From the NCBI RefSeq assembly GCF_003231495.1, contig NZ_PQWO01000003.1, forward strand, positions 360,001 through 392,000: 32,000 nucleotides of DNA, given 5' to 3'. This document shows, one piece after another, positions 15,081-26,506 of this stretch. The notes under the pieces are model-generated. The model did not search any database. It was not told the DNA's origin and was given only the letters and a program-made list of their open reading frames with translations. Each line of letters starts with the position of its first letter. Position 1 is the stretch's first letter. Made by a program: the position numbers and the translations under genes. Source of the stretch: Acaryochloris thomasi RCC1774. Lineage in GTDB: Bacteria > Cyanobacteriota > Cyanobacteriia > Thermosynechococcales > Thermosynechococcaceae.

Positions 15081-16064
15081 GTGAATGTTCCAAGCTCCGT
15101 TGCCACGCTTATCATTGGCATCGCCATTACCTTGATTAGCCTGTGGGTCGGGCAGAATAACGGTTTGCTCCCCACCGCCGCCTCTGTTGAGGCGGCCCAA
15201 ATTGATAACCTGTTCAATGCGATGATGGCGATCGCAACCGGCTTATTCCTCTTAGTCCAAGGCGCGCTCCTCTACTCGCTCTTTGCATTCCGCAAGAAAA
15301 AAGACGATGACACTGACGCTGCCCCCGTTCACGGCAACGTCCCGCTAGAGATTGTCTGGACTGCGATTCCTAGTGCGATTGTGCTGTGGCTAGCGATTTA
15401 CAGCTTTGATGTTTACCAGTCCGTCAACAGTGGCGGCTTTATGGGCAGCGATCACATGGCCCACGCCCAATCCAAGATCGTCAACGTCTCTAACCAGACC
15501 CAGATGGCCGACATGGGTTCGGGCATGTCGAATCCCATTGATAATTCACTGGTGATCAACGTTAAGGGACTGCAGTACGCTTGGCTGTTCTACTATGACG
15601 GCACCGACATCGTTTCCGGCGACCTCCATGTTCCTTCTGGACGCCCGGTGGAGCTGAACATCAATGCTCAAGACGTTATTCACGCTTTTTGGGTACCCGA
15701 GTTCCGCCTTAAGCAAGATGCCGTTCCTGGTGTTGAAACCCATTTGGCCTTCACCCCCAATAAGCCCGGTAACTACCCAATCATTTGCGCTGAACTCTGC
15801 GGCGCCTATCACGGCGCAATGAAAACCCGCGTGATTGTAGACACCCCTGAAGACTATGAAACTTGGTACAGCAGTCGCGTGGTTGCCACCACCGACAGTT
15901 CCTCAGAGGTAGCGGCGACCTCCAATGCCGATCATCAGATGGCAAGCCTGACGCCCGAGCCTGACGCGTTGACAGACCTGCAGGCCGAGAACCCCAGCGT
16001 TGATTCTCAACAAATTCAGGCGCTGCTTAGCTCTGCCGAACCGTTGACGGCCCCCAATCTGTGA
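15081..16064 (+). CDS. ctaC: cytochrome c oxidase subunit II
   Basis: CuA site HAFWVPEFRLKQD...CAELCGAYHGAM. The GTG at 15081 gives an N-terminus (M)NVPSSVATLIIGIAITLISLW, which matches my memory of cyanobacterial CtaC N-termini. The track ORF starts at a TTG at 15048. Confidence 0.93.
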   Translation: MNVPSSVATLIIGIAITLISLWVGQNNGLLPTAASVEAAQIDNLFNAMMAIATGLFLLVQGALLYSLFAFRKKKDDDTDAAPVHGNVPLEIVWTAIPSAIVLWLAIYSFDVYQSVNSGGFMGSDHMAHAQSKIVNVSNQTQMADMGSGMSNPIDNSLVINVKGLQYAWLFYYDGTDIVSGDLHVPSGRPVELNINAQDVIHAFWVPEFRLKQDAVPGVETHLAFTPNKPGNYPIICAELCGAYHGAMKTRVIVDTPEDYETWYSSRVVATTDSSSEVAATSNADHQMASLTPEPDALTDLQAENPSVDSQQIQALLSSAEPLTAPNL

Positions 16065-16106
16065 CCTTCAAATGATTGAAAACGCCCCTGAAAACGTCCC
16101 GACTGG

Positions 16107-17849
16107 ATGGAGACTATGACCACAGCCCCCATAAATGCCTCAGATCACCATGTCGAAGTTGCTCACGGCACCCCGTGGAAGGAGTACTTTAGCTTCAGCA
16201 CCGACCATAAAGTGATCGGGATTCAATACTTAGTCACCAGCTTTGTCTTTTATTTGATTGGTGGCGTCCTAGCCGAACTGGTTAGAACCGAATTAGCGAC
16301 GCCAGCGTCTGACTTCGTGCCCCGTGAGGTCTATAACGAACTGTTCACGATGCACGCCACGATCATGATCTTTCTGTGGATCATTCCGAGCTTGACGGGC
16401 GGATTCGGTAACTTTTTGGTGCCGCTGATGATTGGGGCCAAGGATATGGCGTTCCCCAAATTAAACGCGATCGCATTTTGGATTATCCCCCCCACCAGCG
16501 TTTTGCTATTGATGAGCTTCTTCGTCGGCCCCGCCAGCGCCGGTTGGACCTCTTACCCGCCGCTGAGCCTGATCACGAATAAAGCCGGTGAAGCCATCTG
16601 GATTGCGGGCGTTATTTTGCTAGGCACCTCGTCAATCATGGCCGGACTCAATTTCCTGGTCACGATCTTAAAGATGCGGATTCCCAGCATGCCCATGAAC
16701 AAAATGCCCCTATTCTGCTGGGCAATGCTGGCAACCTCTGCGCTACAGCTTGTGGCAACTCCAGTTCTAACGGGTGCGATGGTTTTGCTCGGTTTCGATT
16801 TAATTATCGGCACCGCATTCTTTAACCCAACCGGCGGCGGTGATCCGATTGTGTACCAGCATATGTTCTGGTTTTACTCGCACCCAGCGGTATACATCAT
16901 GATTTTGCCTGCATTTGGGCTAATTTCTGAAATCTTGCCGGTCCATGCTCGCAAACCAATTTTTGGATACCAAGCGATCGCATACTCCAGTATTGCCATC
17001 AGCTTCTTGGGCCTGATTGTTTGGGCGCACCATATGTTCACTAGCGGCACCCCTGACTGGCTCAGAATGTTCTTCATGATTGCCACAATGGTGATTGCAG
17101 TCCCCACCGGCATTAAAGTCTTTAGCTGGGTGGCAACGGTATGGGGCGGCAAACTCAGGCTGTGCAGCGCCATGCTGTTCGGAATGGCCTTTGTTTCAAT
17201 GTTCGTCGTCGGTGGCCTCAGTGGTGTTATGGTCGCCGCAGTCCCCTTCGATATTCACGTCCACGACACTTACTTCATCGTCGCTCACCTGCACTACGTT
17301 CTATTCGGCGGCAGTGTATTTGGCATCTACGCAGGCATCTATCACTGGTTTCCTAAAATGACCGGCAAGATGCTCAATGAGCCTCTGGGTAAAATCCATT
17401 GGGCTTTAACCTTCGTCGGCTTCAACATGACATTCTTGCCCATGCACGTCTTAGGTCTACAGGGTATGAATCGCCGGGTGGCTGAATACGACCCGCAGTT
17501 TGCCACCATCAATATGATCTGCACCATTGGCTCCTATATCTTGGCCGTTTCTACGCTGCCCTTCATCGCCAACGCAATCTGGAGCTGGATGGCAGGCGAA
17601 AAAGCCAGCGATAATCCCTGGGAAGCCCTAACCCTAGAGTGGACAACCCCTTCACCGCCGCCCCATGAAAATTGGGACATTGAGCCAGTGCTCGTGGTCG
17701 GTCCCTACGATTACGGCATGAACCATAAGCTGCCAGTCAATATCCCGCTGGCTAAGGAGTCAGAGCCGGTCCTGGCAGCAGGTCCAAACTCCGCGTTACG
17801 AGCAGAGGGAAATCCCGAAGTTTCTCCAAGCGAAAATAGCGAAGAGTAG
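16107..17849 (+). CDS. ctaD: cytochrome c oxidase subunit I
   Basis: Motifs GGGDPIVYQHMFWFYSHPAVYIMILP, WAHHMFTSG and HDTYFIVAHLHYVLFGG. Confidence 0.97.
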   Translation: METMTTAPINASDHHVEVAHGTPWKEYFSFSTDHKVIGIQYLVTSFVFYLIGGVLAELVRTELATPASDFVPREVYNELFTMHATIMIFLWIIPSLTGGFGNFLVPLMIGAKDMAFPKLNAIAFWIIPPTSVLLLMSFFVGPASAGWTSYPPLSLITNKAGEAIWIAGVILLGTSSIMAGLNFLVTILKMRIPSMPMNKMPLFCWAMLATSALQLVATPVLTGAMVLLGFDLIIGTAFFNPTGGGDPIVYQHMFWFYSHPAVYIMILPAFGLISEILPVHARKPIFGYQAIAYSSIAISFLGLIVWAHHMFTSGTPDWLRMFFMIATMVIAVPTGIKVFSWVATVWGGKLRLCSAMLFGMAFVSMFVVGGLSGVMVAAVPFDIHVHDTYFIVAHLHYVLFGGSVFGIYAGIYHWFPKMTGKMLNEPLGKIHWALTFVGFNMTFLPMHVLGLQGMNRRVAEYDPQFATINMICTIGSYILAVSTLPFIANAIWSWMAGEKASDNPWEALTLEWTTPSPPPHENWDIEPVLVVGPYDYGMNHKLPVNIPLAKESEPVLAAGPNSALRAEGNPEVSPSENSEE

Positions 17850-17901
17850 CGCTCCAACTACGCTCAAGTGAATTAGCCCTACCCGAGGTGTCGTTTTATC
17901 C

Positions 17902-18513
17902 ATGCAAGGTTCAACCGTCGATCAAAATCAACCCGCAGTCAGCAGTGCCGCAGAACATAGCGAACATCCCGATCTACGCCTGTTTGGTTTTGTGATCTTT
18001 CTTGTCTCAGAAAGTATGTTGTTTGTGGGCCTCTTTGTGGCCTACCTCACCTTTAAAGCCATGAATCCAGAATGGCCCCCGGAAGGAACGCCCAGACTAG
18101 AGCTGCTTCTGCCCGGAATTAACACCGTCATTCTGCTCTCCAGTAGTTTTGTCGCTCACAAGGCAGACGAAGCGATCAAACACGAAGGTGATGTCGCGGG
18201 CGTCCGTAAATGGTTCGGCATCACAATGGCGATGGGGGTAGTCTTCCTCTGCGGTCAGCTTTATGAGTACAGCAACCTAGAATTTGGTCTGACGACCAAC
18301 GTGTTTGCCAGTACTTTCTACGTGCTGACAGGCTTCCACGGGCTGCATGTTTTAGTGGGCGTTTTGTTGATGGGAGGGGTTTTGTGGCGCTCTCGCAAAC
18401 CGGGTCACTACACGGCAGAAACACACTTCGGCATTGAGGCGGCTGAAGTTTACTGGCACTTTGTCGATGTCGTTTGGGTTATTTTATTCTCGCTTCTCTA
18501 TCTCTTACGTTAG
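17902..18513 (+). CDS. ctaE: cytochrome c oxidase subunit III
   Basis: Motifs FYVLTGFHGLHVLVG and AEVYWHFVDVVWV. It follows ctaD directly. Confidence 0.95.
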   Translation: MQGSTVDQNQPAVSSAAEHSEHPDLRLFGFVIFLVSESMLFVGLFVAYLTFKAMNPEWPPEGTPRLELLLPGINTVILLSSSFVAHKADEAIKHEGDVAGVRKWFGITMAMGVVFLCGQLYEYSNLEFGLTTNVFASTFYVLTGFHGLHVLVGVLLMGGVLWRSRKPGHYTAETHFGIEAAEVYWHFVDVVWVILFSLLYLLR

Positions 18514-18620
18514 CTTTACGGTTTGATCAGCTTGCTGCTCTTCTGAATGGTTCGGTTATCCGCAAATCTGGTCCCACAGACGGTTGAAGAACAACCCGGT
18601 AAGATAATGAGGTCTTGAAA

Positions 18621-18647
18621 TTAGCACTCTCTACAGTGGAGTGCTAA
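18621..18647 (+). promoter_or_regulatory. CIRCE operator (HrcA binding site)
   Basis: TTAGCACTC-TCTACAGTG-GAGTGCTAA is a perfect match to the consensus TTAGCACTC-N9-GAGTGCTAA. It lies 61 nt upstream of the groEL ATG, with TTGAAA immediately upstream at 18615-18620. Confidence 0.9.
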
Positions 18648-20378
<1,731 letters not shown>

Positions 20379-20417
20379 CCCTCCGCTTTTAGACCCACGA
20401 ACGCACCTTGAACTAAA

Positions 20418-20455
20418 GGGAAAGGGGCATTGATTAAGTTCAGTGTCCCTTTCTC
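20418..20455. terminator. long hairpin between convergent groEL and the glycan cluster
   Basis: GGGAAAGGGGCATTG (20418-20432) pairs with CAGTGTCCCTTTCTC (20441-20455), about 15 bp including G-U pairs, with an 8-nt loop. There is no clear T-run. Confidence 0.35.
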
Positions 20456-20518
20456 TATGGCAGTCAGAAAGAATCAGCGCAAGCGATTTGCTCTTTCAAT
20501 AGCTTTGAGTGTGAAGGA

Positions 20519-21409
20519 CTAGGTCGCCTGCTTTTTGGCCCAAAAGAAGCCCATAACGTTGGCGACCTGCGACATGAACAGCAGCAGAGAGACCAAAAAG
20601 CTAGGCTGGTTAGTGGGCTGCATGAACGGAAAACTCAGTAGCTTTGCATAGAAAGAAATAGGCTCCACTTTGATGTTGTCCTGTTTACGGTTCGCACGAA
20701 TAGCATGAAAGTAGAAAGCGCCGCGGCCGTAGTTAAAATGCTGACGCCAAAAGCTTTTGAACGTCAGGTGGTGGGCATGGTTAATAATGGCTTCCGGTGC
20801 GTAGTACATGGCATAGCCCTTGCTTGAGATGCGATCGCAAAATTCACGATCTTCCCCCGCAGCCAACGGGAAATTAGTATCGAATCCGCCTATCTGATGG
20901 AACAAATCTGCAGGGAGGGCAAAGTTATTGGAGGCAAAAAAACGTGCATTCTCTTCCCCTCCGTTGTAGTAGCTGTAGAGATAGTCAATCAAGAGCTGAC
21001 TAGTCGTGGAGTAAAGGTTTTTCTCTAGGGCGTTGAGAGTATGGCCACCAATCAGACCTTCGGATTTTTGCTCGAATTCGTGGGCAAACTGAGCTAACCA
21101 ATCAGGCTTAGGGGCACAATCATCATCGGTAAACACCAAATATTGACCCAGCGCACTCTCTGCTCCAGTATTGCGAGCCTTGGCAGGGCCGCTATTAGAT
21201 TGGCGAATCAAGCGAATCTGGATCTGTGACTGCACGGTGGCAATCACTGGCTCCATTGATTGTTCACTGCCGTCATCAACGACCACCACTTCCCAAGATT
21301 GCGTGGACAACGTTTGTTGAGTAAGGGCCTGAAGACATTGCGACAGCCTCTCAGGGCGGTTGTAGGTTGGAATAATAATAGACAGCAACGGCCTAGCTGA
21401 GTTCTCCAT
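20519..21409 (-). CDS. glycosyltransferase family 2
   Basis: LSIIIPTYNRPERLSQCLQAL, VVVVDDGSEQ, and a DxD-type FTDDDCAPKPDWL. Confidence 0.85.
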   Translation of the reverse strand: MENSARPLLSIIIPTYNRPERLSQCLQALTQQTLSTQSWEVVVVDDGSEQSMEPVIATVQSQIQIRLIRQSNSGPAKARNTGAESALGQYLVFTDDDCAPKPDWLAQFAHEFEQKSEGLIGGHTLNALEKNLYSTTSQLLIDYLYSYYNGGEENARFFASNNFALPADLFHQIGGFDTNFPLAAGEDREFCDRISSKGYAMYYAPEAIINHAHHLTFKSFWRQHFNYGRGAFYFHAIRANRKQDNIKVEPISFYAKLLSFPFMQPTNQPSFLVSLLLFMSQVANVMGFFWAKKQAT

Positions 21410-21490
21410 AAATTAATGCTCGGTAAGTGCAGCTATCGGCCGAGTCAACTCGGAGGCATCAAGCCGTTGAGAGCGCACGTTGTTCAATTA

Positions 21491-22207
21491 TCAACCTAAA
21501 TTAGAATATCGATTATTTTCTGAAAGCATTGTACTGATTGACTGAAATCCTACGCTTACAAAATAGAGTGACCAGCTAACGATTCCTAAGAACTTACTTC
21601 CATTCTCCATTAGAGAGCGGAGACTACTTTCAGCAATGCTTTCTGGCAGAGGGATAAAGCGCATATCTAAAGAAACTGAAAGCGCAAAGAAGGCAAATGC
21701 CAATGTAATCAACAACAGATTCCTATTAATTACTTTTCTTCTAAATTTCCAAAAGAATAGGATCATAGAAAGCCCATAAGCTAAAAGCAATAACTTTTGT
21801 GGAATTAAAAGATAGTCTGGGAAAATCTTTTCATGAATCAAGAACAAGTCATCAAATAAAAAGACAGCACTTATGAGGCCCGAACCGAGGAAGAATGAGT
21901 ACGTTTCCCGTTCATAGGGTCGATATTTGATCAGTGCTGCACAGAAGAAACAGATTCCTGCAGAGATGCACCATCCTAAAATCCCGAGATTAGAGAGCGC
22001 TCCTAAGTAAAACTTCTGGCCAGTTATTGTTGCCGGATCGCCAACCAGATAGAAGACATTGACTTTTTTTTGCAGTCCTACTCCAGTCAGTATCAGAAAA
22101 CTGAGGGAATAGATAACTAACAGTGTCTTAAAAAAGCTTTTGTTTTTATTGAATAAGGCTAATCGAAGCTTCATATAGCATAATACATCGATGGCTAGCA
22201 TGGCCAT
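21491..22207 (-). CDS. AT-rich small polytopic membrane protein, function unknown
   Basis: 238-aa ORF with about 6 hydrophobic spans. The gene and both flanking spacers are visibly AT-rich compared with all neighbours. It has its own 217-nt upstream spacer. Confidence 0.55.
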   Translation of the reverse strand: MAMLAIDVLCYMKLRLALFNKNKSFFKTLLVIYSLSFLILTGVGLQKKVNVFYLVGDPATITGQKFYLGALSNLGILGWCISAGICFFCAALIKYRPYERETYSFFLGSGLISAVFLFDDLFLIHEKIFPDYLLIPQKLLLLAYGLSMILFFWKFRRKVINRNLLLITLAFAFFALSVSLDMRFIPLPESIAESSLRSLMENGSKFLGIVSWSLYFVSVGFQSISTMLSENNRYSNLG

Positions 22208-22424
22208 GACACAGTTGTTTGTAGTCCGCTATTGCGGTCAGTGGCGGTGGCTAGCTAGCTCGTATTCTTAAGAAGAATCAAAATAAGCCAACAACAGCTA
22301 TGTCAATTAACCGCGATTTTATTTTAACGATATTTAATTGAAGCTTAACCTATATTTAGAGTAAAGTCTTAGGTATGCCCAGATAACTAAGCTATGGATG
22401 AATTTTGCTGCGAGTACAGCTTAA

Positions 22425-23894
22425 TTAGGCTTTCTGAGTGTCTTTAGACCGCGACAGCGCGACTCGGCCAATCTCCCAGAATTCAGCAACAATCTGAGGT
22501 GCCAGGGTACGAAGCATCAAACCGTAGGTCGCCGCTCCTAGAAGCGTGCATAGAGACAGGATTATGATTTGCATTTCTATGAGGGAAGTCAAGTAAGTCT
22601 TCACTGACAAAAGAAGCCCCATCATAACCAGTGAGCTAACCAAGGCTGCGGAGAACTGCCTCGAGTAGGTGAAGAAAGGAATCTTGACCATCCGACTGAG
22701 AACCCATTGCCCAACCGGAAAGACGATTAAGCCACGCATCATATTGGCAAAGGTGACGCCAATAATGCCCCAGCGAAACGCGATCGCAAATCCCACCAAG
22801 TTCAGCGTCACGCTCAAAAATTTCAGCTTCATGGCCCAAGCAGGTTCTCCTAAGGCCATAAAAACGGAGCTTTTAAAGAACGAAATGGAGCGCACGAGGC
22901 CCAAAATCGACAGCAACTGAATCACCGGCACGGCGGGTAGCCACTTCTCCCCAAATAAGACTGTCACAAGCTCAGGGGCCAGAACAGAGGTGCCGAGGAA
23001 GAAAGGAAATGCGATCGCGCTGGTCAATCGCGTCACCGTATAAAAGGCATTGCGGAATCGGTTGAGGTCGTGCTTTAGCCGCGAGAACGTGGGCAGCGAA
23101 ACGCCGCTTGTTGTCCGCACCAGCAGTTGCGTCATCACCTGCAAAATCCGGTAGGAAATGGCGTAGTACCCTAGGGCCACAGAGCCGAGGAAGTAGCCAA
23201 TTAAAAAATCATTGATCTTGGTATTAAAAAAATTAAGGAAGTTCAGCCCCAAAACATGACTCCCGAAGCGAAAGAGCTGCCGGAAGTGCCGGAGCGAAAA
23301 CCGGAAGCGGGGTCGCCAGTCGCTGGCCTTCCAGATCACAAGGGTGCCGACAAGTTCGTTCATAAACTGCTGCCCGACAAGGCTCCAGACCCCTAAGCCG
23401 GACAGGGCCATGCCGATGCCGGTGATGCCACCGATCATGATCCCCAATAGCGATCGCATCGCTATTGCCTTGAAGGCAAATTGTCGTTCTAGAACAGCCT
23501 GCTGCGTTCCGCGCAGCGCATTGATCAAGAAGATCAGCGAAAAACAGCGCAGAATCGGCGTCAGTCGCGGCTCATCAAAACCAGCAGCAATCCAGTCAGC
23601 GGTGAGCAGGCTCAGCAGACCGAGGGCAATACCGATGGCAATATTGGTCCAGAAGGCCGTATCTAAATGCTCAGGTTCTAGATCTTCGCGCTGAATCAGA
23701 GCCTGAGCAAATCCCTGCTCTAGAAAGATTTGCATAAACGCTAGAAAGACGTTCGCCAAGGCCACTAAGCCAAAATCGGCAGGCTCCAGCAGACGAGCCA
23801 GAACAAAGAAAACCAAGAAAGCTCCCATCTGGCCTGCCCAGTTTTGAATGCCTGTCCACAATGCGCCTCGAATGGCCTGCTGCTTAAGGGTCAT
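22425..23894 (-). CDS. polysaccharide biosynthesis protein / Wzx-type flippase (MOP superfamily)
   Basis: 489 aa with about 12-14 TM spans. The N-terminal region GALWTGIQNWAGQMGAFLVFFVLARLLEPADFGLVALA is typical of PST/Wzx proteins. The ATG overlaps the upstream stop (ATGA at 23891-23894). Confidence 0.85.
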   Translation of the reverse strand: MTLKQQAIRGALWTGIQNWAGQMGAFLVFFVLARLLEPADFGLVALANVFLAFMQIFLEQGFAQALIQREDLEPEHLDTAFWTNIAIGIALGLLSLLTADWIAAGFDEPRLTPILRCFSLIFLINALRGTQQAVLERQFAFKAIAMRSLLGIMIGGITGIGMALSGLGVWSLVGQQFMNELVGTLVIWKASDWRPRFRFSLRHFRQLFRFGSHVLGLNFLNFFNTKINDFLIGYFLGSVALGYYAISYRILQVMTQLLVRTTSGVSLPTFSRLKHDLNRFRNAFYTVTRLTSAIAFPFFLGTSVLAPELVTVLFGEKWLPAVPVIQLLSILGLVRSISFFKSSVFMALGEPAWAMKLKFLSVTLNLVGFAIAFRWGIIGVTFANMMRGLIVFPVGQWVLSRMVKIPFFTYSRQFSAALVSSLVMMGLLLSVKTYLTSLIEMQIIILSLCTLLGAATYGLMLRTLAPQIVAEFWEIGRVALSRSKDTQKA

Positions 23895-25390
23895 AGAGAC
23901 TGTGATGAGAGAGGAATAGCCCGCAGAAGCCAGCGTGTTTTGCTGGCCGCTTTGCCGAGCAGGTATTGGGGAAGGCTATGGGCCTTTGTGGACAGAATCT
24001 GCAGCGGTCCGAAGGATAAATCCTCTGGATTAAAGGGGTAGTCGAGCAGCTCTGGCACTGTTCGCCGGATGAGTGCCTCTTGAATCAGAGAGTTAAGGCG
24101 CTGGGACTCGGGGATGCTGAGCAGCAATGCATAGAGATAGGCACAGTTGAGAATGGGGAACCGCACTAGATCGGTCAAGTCGTAGACCTGCTCTTTGGCG
24201 CTCAGCCAGCCTGCCTGCCGCTGTTCAATAAAAAAGCGATCGCACCAGTTGAGATGAGGATGGGGATGGCGTGCGATCCAGGCCAGCCATTCTTGCAGAC
24301 CTGCGGTCGCTGAAGAGGTCTCACGTTCCTGAAAGAGCTGAGCCATGAGTTTGGCTCCGGTTTTAGGATTCGGCATCACTTCGGGAAGTTCGCGCAGTCG
24401 CCAGAACCCACTTGCGATCGCAAATCCATGTCCTCCAAACGCCAGTCCCTTAAGCTGATCGCGGTCACCTCTCACAAAAGGTTCAGCATCCCCAGCGGAG
24501 ATTTGCCCCCCGCTGTGTGCTTCGACTAGAGCCTGCCGTTCCGGGAATCGCTGATCTCGACGAAGAAAAGTGTGGGAATAGCCACAAACCTCAGCCAGCA
24601 GAGGCGGCAGTCGCTGGTCGGCAATCGACATCCGCGCAGCCACTCGCGTGTATAGCTTGACCTCAATTTGGGCCACTCGACAGAGAGCCATCATCAGCCG
24701 CGAATCATAGCCTGCCGTTAACCCTAGCCACAGCGGCTGGTTCTGGGTGGATAAGCGCTTGAGCGTTGTAACCAGGGACTGCTGAATAAGCTCTAGCCCC
24801 TGTTCGTATGCTCGCTCAGGCTGAATAGCAGGCATGAGCGGTCGAGGAATGGGGTTCCCTGTTTCTAGGCGGAGCGCCTGTGACGGCAGCAGCCGCTGAA
24901 TACCCAAAAATTGACTGCGGGGCGGCGGATACCAAGAGATTCCCGTTTCATAATGTAGATGGCGGGGATCGGTGACCTCAGCCGATAGAACCTCCGCTAA
25001 AAGCGCTGCGCTGCTAGAGGCCCAGGTCTTGCCCTCTGATGTTTGACCATAGAAGCAGCCCAGTAAACCACTGGCATCCAAGTACAGCATTTTCTCATCT
25101 AGGAGAATCCAGCGGCCTGCCCAGTTGGCAGAAAGCTCAGGAACTTTATCGGTAGTTGTCTTGGCAATATCGACGAGGGGTGCCGAGCGGTGTGGCTGGG
25201 TCTCAACAGCCAGCCCTAGCAAAAACCAGCGGGTGCCGTCCAGATCTTGAGCATTCCCGACCCGAAGTTCAGGGCAATGAGAGAGGTCAATCGAGGCGCT
25301 CACAGAGACAGAATGCCAGTGTCCGTTAGGGTTGACAGGAGTCGGCCCTAAGATGAACTGCCGCCGATGCAGGTGTTTAAATGCTGCCAT
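23891..25390 (-). CDS. asparagine-synthetase-like (AsnB-fold) protein lacking the N-terminal Cys nucleophile, with a variant PP-loop
   Basis: LWLGLTAGYDSRLMMAL sits where AsnB has LLSGGLDSS. The upstream segment GRWILLDEKMLYLDASGLLGCFYG...WASSSAALL resembles the end of the AsnB Ntn domain (F..D....L.RD..G..PLY....ASE.KAL). The N-terminus MAAFKH has no Cys2. Confidence 0.5.
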   Translation of the reverse strand: MAAFKHLHRRQFILGPTPVNPNGHWHSVSVSASIDLSHCPELRVGNAQDLDGTRWFLLGLAVETQPHRSAPLVDIAKTTTDKVPELSANWAGRWILLDEKMLYLDASGLLGCFYGQTSEGKTWASSSAALLAEVLSAEVTDPRHLHYETGISWYPPPRSQFLGIQRLLPSQALRLETGNPIPRPLMPAIQPERAYEQGLELIQQSLVTTLKRLSTQNQPLWLGLTAGYDSRLMMALCRVAQIEVKLYTRVAARMSIADQRLPPLLAEVCGYSHTFLRRDQRFPERQALVEAHSGGQISAGDAEPFVRGDRDQLKGLAFGGHGFAIASGFWRLRELPEVMPNPKTGAKLMAQLFQERETSSATAGLQEWLAWIARHPHPHLNWCDRFFIEQRQAGWLSAKEQVYDLTDLVRFPILNCAYLYALLLSIPESQRLNSLIQEALIRRTVPELLDYPFNPEDLSFGPLQILSTKAHSLPQYLLGKAASKTRWLLRAIPLSSQSL

Positions 25391-26474
25391 CGAGCTGATC
25401 CTGTGTCAGGGTCTGTGGAGATCCAATTTTGCCCCGTCCGTGCTGTTGTACGTTAAGCCGCTTTTGCTGTTGGGCGTGACGGTGGGTTAGGTAGCGGTTG
25501 ATGGGGTGTTCTAGTTTTGCGATCGCACGGGTTAGCAAAGAATTCCCCACACCAAAAGTCAGTTTGCGCGTTAGCGGCTCTAGCAATGTACCGTAGCGTC
25601 GCCAGCCTAACCTTTTGTATTTAGTCTTAAAGTAACCATCCTCGGCTAGATCCCACTTTTCACGCAGGCGCTTGAGGCTACCCAACGTCCACTCATCGCT
25701 CCAGCGCAGCATGTAGTAGTGCATATCACTGCGTTCCAGAGGCGGACCCGGGACGTAGGTGACGAGGCTATCGGGTTCAAAATAGACCGATTCGCTGAGC
25801 TGCCGCACCAGCATACAGAAATCCAAATGCTCTTTTGTGTTGAACATCGCCTCATCTAGGGGGCCTGTTTGCTCAAAAATCGAACGCCGCACCAGTACGC
25901 AGTGAAACTCCGCTAGCTCCGTCTGCGTGCGGGTCAGGCGCTGACGCACGGTGTACACCTGCTTGCCTTGGTCGTACATCTTTTCCCGCAGGCGACGACG
26001 GCCCAGTTTGTCCACCCAGATATGGGATTCTCCACCGGCGAAATGCACAACTTCGTGAACAGGCTCCTCTTGGCACATTAGGGGACCGACCACCGCTGCA
26101 CCCGTTTCATCGGCACAGTTCAGCAGCGCCGTTAGCCAACCTGGCGTGACCACCACATCATTATCAATAAAGACAACATAGGGCGTTTTAACCTGCGCTA
26201 GCCCTAGATTGCGAGCCTGATTGGGGTAGAGGTAGTAATTGGTCTGCAGCAGCAAGAAGTTCTTCTCTTGCGATCGCATCTCTAGATAGTCACGAACCTT
26301 CGCCGGAGAGTTGCCATCCACGTAGATCAACTGAAAGGGAAGCTGAGTATGGTCATAAATGCTGTCTAATGAAACTTGAGTACAGCTAAATCGCTCACGG
26401 GGAACGACAACAATGGTTACCCGAGGATTTTCCTGAGGCGTATTGCTGTGCTGTTGGGGGGCGGTGGGTGACAT
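25377..26474 (-). CDS. glycosyltransferase family 2-like
   Basis: VTIVVVPRERFSCTQVSLDSI, LIYVDGNSP, and a DxD-type FIDNDVVVTPGWL. The stop region overlaps the next ATG by 14 nt. Confidence 0.75.
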   Translation of the reverse strand: MSPTAPQQHSNTPQENPRVTIVVVPRERFSCTQVSLDSIYDHTQLPFQLIYVDGNSPAKVRDYLEMRSQEKNFLLLQTNYYLYPNQARNLGLAQVKTPYVVFIDNDVVVTPGWLTALLNCADETGAAVVGPLMCQEEPVHEVVHFAGGESHIWVDKLGRRRLREKMYDQGKQVYTVRQRLTRTQTELAEFHCVLVRRSIFEQTGPLDEAMFNTKEHLDFCMLVRQLSESVYFEPDSLVTYVPGPPLERSDMHYYMLRWSDEWTLGSLKRLREKWDLAEDGYFKTKYKRLGWRRYGTLLEPLTRKLTFGVGNSLLTRAIAKLEHPINRYLTHRHAQQQKRLNVQQHGRGKIGSPQTLTQDQLDGSI

Positions 26475-26506
26475 AACCGATAGCTCCGGGTCTTGCGATA
26501 AGTTGA

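Noticed and set aside
16553-17527. Several 60-100 aa ORFs on both strands within ctaD
   Set aside because: They are embedded in the most conserved gene of the window (cytochrome oxidase subunit I) and are artefacts.
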